64,000 nucleotides of DNA from the human T2T-CHM13v2.0 reference genome, Homo sapiens. The notes beneath the pieces were generated by a model. The model searched no databases. It had not been told where the DNA came from and saw only the letters and a list, made by a program, of their open reading frames with translations. The position numbers and the translations under genes are program-made. This document shows positions 1 through 12,827 of this stretch, one piece after another. How positions within the stretch are numbered: the first letter of the stretch is position 1; every line of letters starts with the position of its first letter. The DNA is taken from assembly GCF_009914755.1 (NCBI RefSeq), contig NC_060930.1. One strand, written 5' to 3'.

Positions 1-3000
1 CACTTTTGATATTCTCTTTTTGTAGTATCTCCATGTGGATATTTAGCACCGTTTGAGGCCTATGGCAGGAAAGGCAATATCTTCATAGAAGTAGTAGACA
101 GAATGATTCTTAGAAACTACTATGTGACGTGTACGTTCACCTCACAGAGTTTAACGTTTCTTCTGATAGAGCAGTTTTGAATCACTCTTTTTGTGGAATC
201 TGCAAGTGAATATTTGGACGTTTTTGAGGCTTTCGTTGGAAATGGGATTTGTTCATATAAAACTTGATGGAAGAATTATCAGAAACTTCTTTGTGATGTG
301 TGCATTCAACTCGCAGTGTTGAACCTTCCTTTCAATAGAGCAGTTTTGAAATACTCTTTTTGTAGAATTTCCAAGTGCATATTTATAGTGGTTCATGGCC
401 TATGGTAGAAAAGGAAATATCATCATATAAAAACTAGACAGAATCATTTTCAAAAACTACTTTGTGATGTGTGCATTCAGCTTACAAAGTTTAACCTTTC
501 TTTTGATAGAGCACTTTTGAAACACTCTTTTTGTGGAATTTGCAAGGGTATATTTACAGCGCTTTGAGGTCCATTATAGAAAAGGAAATTCCTACACATA
601 ATAACGAGACAGAAGCTTTTTCAGAAACTACTTTGTGATATTTGCATTCAACTCACAGGGTTGAACATTCCTCTTGATAGAGCAGTTTTGAAACACTCTT
701 TTTGTAGAATCTGCAAGTGGATATTTGGACCTCTTTATGGCCTTCGTATGAAACGTGATTTCTTCATATAAAACTAAACTGAAGAACTCTCAGAAACTTC
801 TTTGTGATGTGTGCTTTCAACTCGCAGAGTTGAACCTTCCTTTCGATAGAACAGTTTTGAAACTGTCTTTTTGTAGAATTTACAAGTGGATATTTAGCAC
901 CGTTTGAGGGCTATGGTAGAAAAGACAATATCTTCATAGAAAAAGTAGACAGAATGATTCTCAGAAACTACTTTGTGATGTGTGGGTTCAACTCAGAGAG
1001 TTTAACCTTTCTTTTGATAAAGCAGTTTTGAAACACTCTTTTTGTAGAATCTGCCAGTGAATATTGGGACTTTTTTGAAACCTTCTTTGGAAAAGGGTTT
1101 TCTTCATGTAAAACTTGACAGAAGAATTCTCAGAAACTTCTTTGTGATCTGTGCATTCGACTCACACAATTGAACCTTCCTTTCTATAGAGCAGTTTTGA
1201 AGTGCTCTTTTTGTAGAGTTTCCAAGTGTATATTTAGAGCGGTTCGAGGCCTATGGTAGAAAAGGAAATATCTTCACAGAAAAACTAGACAGAATCATTC
1301 TCAGAAACTACTTTGTGATGTGTGCATTCACCTTACAGAGTTTAACCTTTCTTTTGATAGAGCAGTTTTGAAACACTCTTTTTTTGGAATTTACAAGTGT
1401 ATATTTAGAGCACTTTGAGGTCTATGGTAGAAAAGGAAATTCCTTAACATAATAACCAGACAGAAGTTCTTCAGAAACTGCTTTGTGATATTTGCATTCA
1501 ACTCAAAAGGTTGAACATACCTCTTGATAGAGCAGTTTTGAAACACTCATTTTGTAGAATCTTCAAGTGGATATTTGGACCTCTTTGTGGCCTTCGTATG
1601 AAACGTGATTTCTTCATATAAAAGGAGACAGAAGAATTCTCAGAAACTTCTATGTGATGTGTGCTTTCAACTCCCAGAGTGGAAACTTCCTTTCGCTAGA
1701 ACAGTTTTGAAACTCTCTTTTTGTAGAATTTCCAAGTGGATATTTACACCGTTTGAGGCCTATGGTAGAGAAAGGAATATGTTCATAGAAAAACTAGACA
1801 GAATGACGCTAAGAAACTACGTTGTGTTGTGTGCGTTCAACTCACAGAGTTTAACCTTTCTTTTGATAGAGCAGTTTTGAATCACTCTTCTTGTAGAATT
1901 TGCAAGTGAATATTTGAACTTTTTTGAGGCCTTCGTTGGAAAGGGAATTTCTTCATATAAAACTTGACAGAAGAATTCTCAGAAAATTCTTTGTGATGTG
2001 TGCATTCAACTCCAAGAGTTGAAACTTGCTTTCGATAGAGGAGTTTTGAAATACTCTTTTTGTAGAATTTCAAATTAGATATTTAGAGCAGTTCAAGGCC
2101 TATGGTAGAAAAGGATATATCTTCATAGAAAAACTAGACAGAATCATTCTCTGAAACTACTTTGTGATGTGTGCCTTAAGCTTACAGAGTTTAACCTTTC
2201 TTTCCATAGAGCAGTTTTTAAACACTCTTTTTGTGGAACTTGCAAGTGTATCTTTAGAGCGCTTTGAGGCCTACGGTAGGAAAGGAAATATCTTCACATA
2301 AAAACTAGACAGAAGCATTGTCAGAAACTACTTTGTGATATTTGCATTAAACTCACAGAGTTGAACATTCCTCTTGATAGAGCAGTTTTGAAACACTCTT
2401 TTTGAAGAATCTTCAAGTGGATATTTTGACCTCTTTGTGGCCTTTGTTTGAAACGTGATTTCTTCATATAAACTATAACAGAAGAATTCTCAGAAACTTC
2501 TTTGTGATGTGTCTTCTCAACTCTCAGAGTTGAACCTTCCATTCGAAAGAGCACTTTTTAAACTCTCTTTTTAGAGAATTTCCAAGTGGATATTTAGAGC
2601 CGTTTGAGGCCTATGGTAGAAAAGGAAATATCTTCATAGAAAAACTAAGCAGAATCATTCTAAGAAACTACGTTGAGATTTGTGCCTTCAGTTTACGGAG
2701 TTTAACATTTCTTTTGATAGAGCAATTTTGAGACACTCTTTTTGTGGGATGTGCAAGTCTATATTTAGAGCGCTTTGAGGCTTACGGTAGAAAAAGAAAT
2801 ATCTTCACATAAAAACTAGACAGAAGCATTGTCAGAAACTACTTTGTGATATTTGCATTCAACTCACAGAGTTGAACATTCCTCTTATTAGAGCAGTTTT
2901 GAAACACTCTTTTTGTAGAATCTGCAAGTGGATATTTGGACCTCTTTGTGGCCTTCGTTTGAAATGCAGTTTCTTCATAGAAAACTAGACAGAAGAATTC

Positions 3001-3801
3001 TCAGAAACTTCTTTGTGATGTGTGCTTTCAACTCACTGAGTTGAACCGTCCTTTTGATAGAGCAATTTTAAAACTCTCCTTTTGTGTAATTTACAAGTGG
3101 ATATTTACTGCCGTTTGAGTGCTATGTTAGAAAAGGAAATATCTTCATAGACAAACTAGACAGAATCGTTCTCAGAAACTGCTTTGTGATGTGTACATAC
3201 AGCTTACAGAGTTTAACCCTTCTTTTGATAGACCAGTTTTGAAGCACTCTTTTGTGGAATTTGGAAGTGTATATTTACAGCACTTTGAGGCCTGCGGTGG
3301 AAAAGGAAATATCTTCACATAAAAACTAGACAGAAGCATTGTCAGAAACTACTTTGTGATATTTGCATTCAACTTACAGAGTTGAACATTCCTCTTATTA
3401 GAGCAGTTTTGAAACACTCTTTTTGTAGAATCTGCAAGTGGATATTTGGACCTCTTTGTGGCCTTCTTTTGAAACGTGATTTCTTCATATAAAAATAGAC
3501 AGAAGAATTCTCAGAAACTTCTTCGTGATGTGTGCTTTCAACTCACAGAGTTGAACTTTCCTTTCCATAGAGAAGTTTTGAAATGCTCTTTTTGTACTAT
3601 TTCCAGGTGGATATTTAGCTCCGTTTGAGGCCTAAGGTAGAAAAGTCAATATCTTCATAGAAAAACTAGGCAGAATCATTCTCAGAAACTACGTTGTGTT
3701 GTGTACGTTCAACTCACAGAGTTTAAACTTTCTTTTGATAGAGCAGTTTTGAAACACTCTTTTTTAGAATCTGCAAGTGAATATTTGGACTTTTTTGAGG
3801 C

Positions 3802-3818
3802 CTTCGTTGGAAACGGGA
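3802..3818 (+). promoter_or_regulatory. Canonical CENP-B box
   Basis: CTTCGTTGGAAACGGGA, exact 17-mer. Confidence 0.9.
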
Positions 3819-6800
3819 TTTCTTCATATAAAACTTGACAGAATAGTTCTCAGAAGCTTCTTTGTGTTGTGTGCATTCAACTCACAGAGTTGAACCTTCC
3901 TTTCATTAGAGCTGTTTTGAAATACTCTTTTTGTATAATTTCCAAGTGGATATTTAGAGCGGTTTGAGGCCTATGGTAGAAAAGGAAATATCTTCATAGA
4001 AGAACTAGACACAATCCTTCTCAGAAACTACTTTGTGATGTGTGCATTTAACTTACAGAGTTTAACCTTTCTTTCTGATAGAGCTGTTTTGAAACCCCTT
4101 TTTTGTGTAATTTGCAAGTGTATAATTGGAGCGCTTTGAGGCCTACAGTACAAAAGGAAACATCTTCACATAAAAACTAGAGAGAAACATTGTGAAAGAC
4201 TACTGTGTGATATTTGCATTCAACTCACAGAGTTGAACATTCCTCTTGATAGAGAAGTTTTGAAACACTCTTCTTGTAGAATCTGCAAGTGGATATTTGT
4301 ACCTGTTTGTGGCCTTCGTTTGAAACGGGATTTCTTCATATAAAACTAGAATGAAGAATTCTCAGAAACTTCTTTGTGATGTGTGCTTTCAACTCACACA
4401 GTTGAAACTTCCTTTTCATAGAGCAGTCTTGAAACTCTCTTTTTGTAGAATTTCCAATTGGCTCTTTAGCACCGTTTGAGTCCTATGGCAGGAAAGGCAA
4501 TATCTTCATAGAAAAACTAGACAGAATGATTCTCAAAAGCTATTTTGTGATGTGTGCATTCAACTCACAGAGTTTAACCTTTCTGTTGATAGAGCAGTTT
4601 TGAAAAACTCTATTTGGAGGGTCTGCAAGTGAATATTTGGACTTTTTTGAGGCCTTCTTTGGAAACGAGATTTCTTCATATAAAACTTGACGGAAGAATT
4701 CTCAGAAACTTCTTTGTGATGTGTGCTTTCAACTCACAGAGTTGAACCTTCCTTTTGCTGGAGCAGTTTTGAAATACTCTTTTTGTAGAATTTCCAAGGG
4801 GATATTTAGAGCTTTTCAAGGCCTCTGGTAGAAAAGGAAATATCTTCATAGAAAAACTAGACAGAATCATTCTCAGAAACTACTTTGTGATGTGTGCATT
4901 CAGCTTACAGTGTTTTAACTTTCTTTTCATAGAGCAGTTTTGAAATCCCCTTTTTGTGGAGTTTGTAAGTGTATATTCAGAATGCTTTTAGGCCTACGGT
5001 AGAAAAGGAAATATCTTCACAGAAAAAACAGAAAGAAGCATTGTCAGAAACTAATTTGTGATATTTGCATTCAACTCACAGAGTTGAACATTCCTCTTGA
5101 TAGAGCAGTTTTGAAACCCTCTTCTTGTAGAATCAGCAAGTGGATATTTGGACCTCTTTGTGGCCTTCGTTTGAAACGTGATTTCTTCATATAAAACAAG
5201 ACAGAAGAATTCTCAGAAACTCGTTTGTGATGTGTGCTTCCAACACACAGTTGAACCTTCCTTTCAATAGAGCAGCTTTGAAACTCTCTTTTTGTAGAAT
5301 TTAAAAGTGGATATTTATCGCTTTTCGAGGCCTATGGTAGAAAAGACAATATCATCATAGAAAAACTAGACAGAATGATTCTCAGAAACTACATTTGAGG
5401 TACGCTTTCAACTCACAGAGTTTAACCTTTCTTTTGATAGATCAGTTTTGAAACGCTCTTTTTGCGGTATTTGCAAGTGTATGCTTAGAGCGCTTTCAGG
5501 CCTACGGTAGAAAAGGAAATATCTTCACATAAAAAGTAGATAGAAGCGTCGTCAGGAACTACATTGTGATATTTGCATTCAACTCAAAGAGTTGAAGATT
5601 CCTCTTGATAGAGCACTTTTGAAACACTCTTTTTGTAGAATCTGCAAGTGGATATTTGGACCTCTTTGTGGCTTTCGTTTGAAACGTGATTTCTTCATGT
5701 AAAACTAGACAGAAGAATTCTCAGAGACTTCTTTGTGGTGTGTGGTTTCAACTCACAGAGTTGAGCCTTCCTTTCGATAGAGCAGTTTTGAGATTCTCTT
5801 TTTGTAGAATTTCCTAGTGGATATTAAGCGCCGTTTGAGGCCTGTGGTAGAAAAGGCAATATCTTCATAGAAAAACTAGACAGAATGATTCACAGAAACT
5901 ACTTTGTGATGTGTGCATTCAACTCACAGACTTTAACCTTTCTTTTGATAGAGCAGTTTTGAATCACTCTTTTTGTAGAATCTGCAAGAGAATATTTGGA
6001 CTTTTTTGAGGCCTTCGTTGAAACGGGATTTCTCCATATAAAACCTGACCCAGGAACTCTCAGAAACTCCTTTGCGATGTGTGCATTCAACTCACAAATT
6101 TGAAACTTCCTTTCGATAGAGCAGTTTTGAGACTCTCTTTTTGTAGAATTTCCAAGTGGATATTTTGAGCAGTTCATGGAATATGGTAGAAAAAGAAATT
6201 TGTTCATAGAAAAACTAGACAGAATCATTCTCAGAAACTACTTTGTAATGTTTGCATTGAGCTTACAGAGTTTAACCTTTCTTTTGAAATACCAGTTTTG
6301 AAACACTATTTTGCGGAATTTACAAGTGTATATTTGGAGCGCATTGAGGCCTACGTTAGAAAAGGAATTATCTTCACATAAATACAAGACAGAAGCATTG
6401 TCAGAAACTACTTTGTGATATTTGAATTCAACTCACGGAATTGAACATTCCTCTTGATAAAGCAGTTTTGAAACTCTCTTGTTGTAAAATCTGTAAGTGG
6501 ATATTTGGTCCTTCTTGTGGCCTTCGTTCGAAACGTGATCTCTTCATATAAAACTAGACAGAAGAATTCTCAGAAACTTCTTTGTGATGTGTGCTTTCAA
6601 CTTATGGAGTCGAACCTTGCTTTTGATAGAACAGTTTTGAGAATCTCTTTTTTTTAGAATTTCCACGTGGAAATTTTGTCCCGTTTGAGGCCAATGTTAG
6701 AAAATGCAATATCTTCACAGAAAAACAAGACAGAATGATTCTCAGAACCTACTTTTTGATGTGTGTGTTCAACTCACAGAGTTTAAACTCTCTTTTGATA

Positions 6801-9582
6801 GAGCAGTTTTGAAACACTCTTTTCGTAGGATCTGCAAGTGGATATTTGGACCTCTTTGTAGCCTTTGTTTGAAATGTGATTTCTTCATATAAATCTTGAG
6901 AGAAGGATTCTCAGAAACTTCTTTGTGATGTGTGCTTTCAACCCACAGTGTTGTACCTGCCTTTCAATGGAGCAGTTTCATAACTCTCTTTTTGTAGAGT
7001 TTTCAAATGGATGTTTAGCACCGTTTGAGGCCTATGGTAGAAAAAGCAATATCTTCATAGATAAACTAGATGGAATGATTCTCAGAAACTAATTTGTGAA
7101 GTGTGCATTCAGCTTACAGAGTTTAATCTTTCTTTTGATAGATAAGTTTTGAAACGCTCTTTTTGCAGTATTTGCAAGTGTATATTTTGAGAGCTTTGAG
7201 GCCTAAGGTAGAAAAGGATATATCTTCACACAAAAACTAGACAGAAGCATCGTCAGGAACTACATTGTGATATTTGCATTCAACTCACTGAGTTGAAGAT
7301 TCCTCTTGATAGAGCAGTTTTAAAACACTTTTTCTGTAGAATCTGCAAGTGGATATTTGGACCTCTTTGTGGCCTTCGTTTGAAACGTGATTTCTTCATA
7401 TAAAACTAGACAGAAGAATTCTCAGAAACTGCTTTGTGATGTGAGCTTTGAACTCACAGAGTTGAATCTTCCTTTTAATAGAGCAGTTTTGAAATACTCT
7501 TTTTGTAATATTTTCAACGGGATATTTAGCACCGTTTGAAGCCTATGGTAGAAAACGCAATGTCTTCATAGACAAACTAGACAGAATGATTCTCAGAAAC
7601 TACTTTGATGTGTGCGTTCAACTCACAGAGTTTAACCTTTCTTTTGATAGAGCAGTTTTTAAACACTCTTTCTGTAGAACATGCAAGTGAATATTTGGAC
7701 TTTTTGAGGCCTTTGTTGGAAAAGGGAATTCTTCCCATAAAACTTGACGGAAGAATTCTCAGAAACTTCATTGTGATGTGTGCATTCAACTCACAGAGTG
7801 GAATATTCCTTTCGATAGAGTAGTTTTGAAATACTCTTTTTGTAGAATTTCCAAGTGGATATTTTGTGCGGTTTCAGAGCTGTGGTAGAAAAGGAAATAT
7901 CTTCATAGAAAAACTAGACAGAATCATTCTCAGAAACTACTTTGTGATGTGTGCATTCAGCTTACAGAGTTTAACCTTTCTTTTGATAGAGCAGTTTTGA
8001 AACACTCTCTTTGTGGAATTTGCAAGAGTATATTTAGAGCACTTTGAGGCCTACGGTTTAAAAGGAAATATCTTCACATAAAAACTAGACAGAAGCATTG
8101 TCAGTAACTACTTTGTGATATTTGCATTTATGTCACATATTTGAACATTCGTCTTTATAGAGCAATTTTGAAACAATCTTTTTGTAGTATCAGCTGGTGG
8201 ATATTTGGACCTCGTTGGGGCCTTCGTTTGAAACATGATTTCTTCATGTAAAACTAGACAGAAAAATTCTCAGAAACTTCTCTGTGATGTGTGGTATCAA
8301 CTCACAGAGTTGAGCCTTCCTTTCGATAGAGCGGTTTTGAACCTCTCTTTATGTAGAATTTCCAAGAGTATATTTATCGCCGTTTGAGGCCTATGGTAGA
8401 AAAGGCAATATCTTCATAGAAAAACTAGACAGAATGATTCTCATAAACCACTTTGTGATATTTGCATTCAACTCACAGAGCTGAACATTCCTCTTGATAG
8501 AGCAATTTTGAAAAACTCTTTTTGTAGAATCTGCAGAAGATATTTGGACCTCTTTGAGGCCTTCGTTGGAAACGTGATTTCTTCATATAAAACTTGAAAG
8601 AAGAATTCTCAGAAACTTTTTTGTGATGTGTGAGTTCAACTCACAGAGTTGAACCTTCCTTTCCATAGAGCAGTTTTGAAATACTCTTTTGTAGAAATTC
8701 CTAGTGCATATTTAGAGCGTTTAGAGGCCTATGGTAGAAAAGGAAATATCTTCATAGAAAAACTAGTCAGAATGTTTCTCAGAAACTACTTTGTGATGTA
8801 TGCTTTCAACTCGCAGAGTTTAACATTTCTTTTGATAGAGCAGTTTTGAAACGCTCTTTTTGTAGAATTTGCAAATGTGCATTTAGAGGGCTTTGAGGCC
8901 TATGGTGGAAAAGGAAATGTCTTCATATAAAAACTAGACAGAAGGATTCTCAGAAACCACTTTGTGATGTTGGCATTCAACTCACAGAGTTCAACCTTCC
9001 CTTTGATAGAGCAGTCTTGAAACAGTCTTTTTCTTGAATCTGCAAGTGGATATTTGGACCTCTTTGAGGTTTTCTTTTGTTACGGGAATTTCTTCACATA
9101 AAAAGTAGACAGAAGAATTCTCAGAAATATTTGTGATGTGTGCATTCAACTCTCAGAGTTCAACCTATCTTTTGATACAGCAGTTTTGAAACACTTTTTT
9201 TGTAGAATTTCCAAGTTCATATTTAGAGCGCTTTTCAAACCCTATGATAGAAAAGGAAATATTTTCATATAAAAACTACACAGAATCATTCTCAGAAGCT
9301 TCATTGTGATGTGTGCGTCCAACTCACAGAGTTTAACCTTCCTTTTGATAGAGCAATTTTGAAACACTTTTTTTGTAGTATTTGCAAATATATATTTAGA
9401 GCGCTTTGAGGCCAACGGTAGAAAAGAAAATATCTTCATATAAAAACTTGATGGAAGCATTCTCAGAAACTACTTTGTGATGTTTGCCTTCAATTCACAG
9501 AGTTGAACATTCCTCTAGATGGAGCGGTTTTGAAACACCCTCTTTGTAGGATCTGCAAGTGGATATTTGGACATTTTGAGGC

Positions 9583-9599
9583 CTTCGTTGGAAACGGGA
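9583..9599 (+). promoter_or_regulatory. Canonical CENP-B box
   Basis: CTTCGTTGGAAACGGGA, exact 17-mer; duplicate of the box at 24376. Confidence 0.9.
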
Positions 9600-12500
9600 T
9601 TTATTCATATGAAGAAGACAGAAGAATTCTCAGAAACTACTTTGTGATGTATGCGTTCGACTCACAGAGATTAAAGTTTCTGTTGATAAAGCAGCTTTGA
9701 AACCCTCTTTTTGTGGAAATGGCAATTGTATATTTAGAGCGCTATAAGACCTATGGTAAAAAAGGAAATATCTTCACATAAATACAAGAAAGAACTATTT
9801 TCAGAAACTAATTTGTGACGTTTCCATTCAACTCACAGAGTTGAACATTCCTCTTGATAGAGCAGTTTTGAAACACTCTTTCTGTAGAATCTGCAAGTGG
9901 TAATTTGGCCCTCTTTGAGGCCTTCGTTGTAAAAGGGAATTCTTCATATAAGCAAGACAGAAGAATTATCGGAAACTACTTTGTGATGTGTGCGTTCAAC
10001 TTACAGAGTTTAACCTATCTTTTGATAGAGCAGTTTTGAAACACGCTTTTTGTAGAATTTGCAAGTGTATATTTAGAGCGCTTTGAGTCCTATGGTAGAA
10101 AAGGAAATATATTCACATAAAAACTAGACAAAAGCATGCTCAGAATCCACTTTGTGATGTATGCATTCAACTCACAGAGTTGAACATTACTCTTGATATT
10201 GTAGTTTTGAAACACTCTTTTTGTAGAATCTGCAAGTGGATATTTGACCTCTTTGAGGTTTTTGTTGGAAATAGGATTTCTTCATATAAAACTAGACAGA
10301 AGAATTCGCAGAAAGTTCTTTGTGAAGTGTGCATTCATCTCACAGAGTTGAACCTTCCTTTCGATAGAGCAGTTATGAAACACTATTTTTGTAGAATTTC
10401 CAAGTGGATAATTAGAGTGTTTTGAGGCCTATGGTAGAAAAAGGAATATCTTCATAGAAAAACCAGAGAGAATCATTCTCAGAAACTAATTTTTGATGTG
10501 TGCGTTCAACTCATTGGGTTTAACCTTTCTTTTGATAGAGCAGTTTTGAAACACTGTTTTTGTAGAATTTGCTAGTGTATATTTAGACTGCTTTGAGGCC
10601 AACGGTAGAAAAGGAAATATCTTCACATAAAAACTAGACGGAATCGTTCTCAGAAACTACTATGTGATGTTAGCATTCAACTCACAGAGTTGAACATTTC
10701 TCTTGATGGAATAGTTTAGAAACACTCTTTTTGTAGAATCTGTAAGTGGATATTTGGACCTCTTGGAGGCCTTCCTTGTAAACGGATTTCTTCATATAAA
10801 CCTAGAAAGAAGAATTCTCAGAAACTTCTTTCTGATATGTGCATTGAACTCACAGAGTTGAACCTTCATTTCGATAGAGCAGTTTTGAAACACTCTTTTT
10901 GTAGAATTTCCCAGTGTACACTTAGAGCGCTTGGAGGCCTATGGTAGAAAAGGAAATATCTACATAGAAAAACTAGACAGAATGATTCTCAGAAACTAAT
11001 TTGTGATGTGTGCGTTAAGCTCGCAGATTTTAACCTTTCTTTTGATAGAGCAGTTTTGTAACACTCTTTTTGCGGAATTTGCAAGTGTATATTGAGAGCA
11101 CTTGAGGCCTATGGTAGAAAAGGAAGTATCTTCACAGAAAATGTAGACAGAAGCATTGTCAGAAACTACTTTGTGATATTTGCATTCAACTCACAGAGTT
11201 GAACATTCCTCTTGATAGAGCAGTTTTGAAACCCTCTTCTTGTAGAATCTGCAAGTGGATATTTGGACCTATTTGTGGTCTTCGTTTGAATCGTGATTTC
11301 TTCATATAAACAAGACAGAAGAATTCTCAGAAACTTCTTTGTGATGTGTGCATTCAACTCACATGTTTGAACCTTCCTTTTGATAGAGCAGTTTTGAAAC
11401 ATTCTTTTTGTACAATTTACAAGTGTGTATTTAGAGAGCTTTGAGGCCTATAGTAGAAAAGGAAATATCTTCACATAAAAACTAGATGGAAGGATTCTCA
11501 GAAACTACTTCGTGATGTTTGCATTCAACTCAAAGAGTTGAACGTTCCTCTTGATAGAGCAGTTTTGAAACCCTCTTTTTGTAGAATCTACAAGTGAATA
11601 TTTGGACCTCTTTGTGGCCTTCGTAGGAAACGGGAATTCTTCATATAAACAAGACAGAAGGATTCTCAGAAACTACTTTCTGATATGTGCGTTCAACTCA
11701 CAGATTTTAACCTTTCTTTTGATAGAGCAGTTTTGAAACCCTCTTTTTGTAGAATTTGCAGGTGTATATTTAGAGCGCTTCGAGTCCTGTTGTAGAAAAG
11801 GGAATATGTTCACATAAAAACTACACAGAAGCATTCTCAGAAACTAATTTTTGAAGTTTGCATTCAACTCACAGAGTTGAACATTCCTCTTGATAGAGAA
11901 GTTTTGAAACACTCTTTTTGTAGAATTTCCAAGTTGATATTTAGAGCACTTTGAGACTTATGGTAGAAAAGGTAATATCTTCATGGAAAAACTAGACAGA
12001 ATCATTTTCAGAAACTGCTATGTGATGTGTGCGTTCAACTCATAGAGTTTAACTTTTCTTTAGATAGAGCAGTTTTGAAACGCTCTTTTTGTACAATATG
12101 CAAGAGTATATTAAGAGTGCATAGAGGCTTATGGTAAAAAAGAAAATATCTTCACATAAAAACTAGACAGAAGCATTCTCAGAAACTACTTTGTGATGTT
12201 TGCATTCAACTCACAGAGTTGAACATTCCTCTTGATGGAGTAATTTTGAAACACTCTTTTTGTAGTATCTGCATGTGGATATTTGGACTTCTTTGAGCCT
12301 TTCGATGGAAATGGGATTTCTTCATATAAAACTAGACAGAAGTGTTCGCAGAAACTTCTTTGTGAAGTGTGCATTCATCTCACAGATTTGAACCTTCCTT
12401 TCGATGGATCAGTTTTGAAACACTCTTTTTGAAGAATTTCCAAGTGGATATTTAGAGCGTTTTGAGGCCTATAGTAGAAAAGGAAATATCTTCATAGAAA

Positions 12501-12810
12501 AACTTGACAGAATCATTCTCAGAAACTGCTCTTTGATGTGTGAGTTCAACACACGGAGTTTAACCTTTCTTTTGATAGAGCAGTTTTGAAACACTCTTTT
12601 TGTAGAATTTGCAAGTGTATATTTAGAGTGCTTGGCTGCCTATGGTAGAAAATGGAATATCTTCACATAAAAACTAGACAGAAGCATTCTCAGAAACTAC
12701 TTTGTGATGTTTGCATTCAACTCACAGAGTTGAACATTCCTCTTGATAGAGCAGTTTTGAAACACACTTTTTGTACAATCTGCAAGTGGATATTTGGAAT
12801 TCTTTAAGGC

Positions 12811-12827
12811 CTTCGTTGGAAACGGGA
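12811..12827 (+). promoter_or_regulatory. Canonical CENP-B box
   Basis: CTTCGTTGGAAACGGGA, exact 17-mer. Confidence 0.9.
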
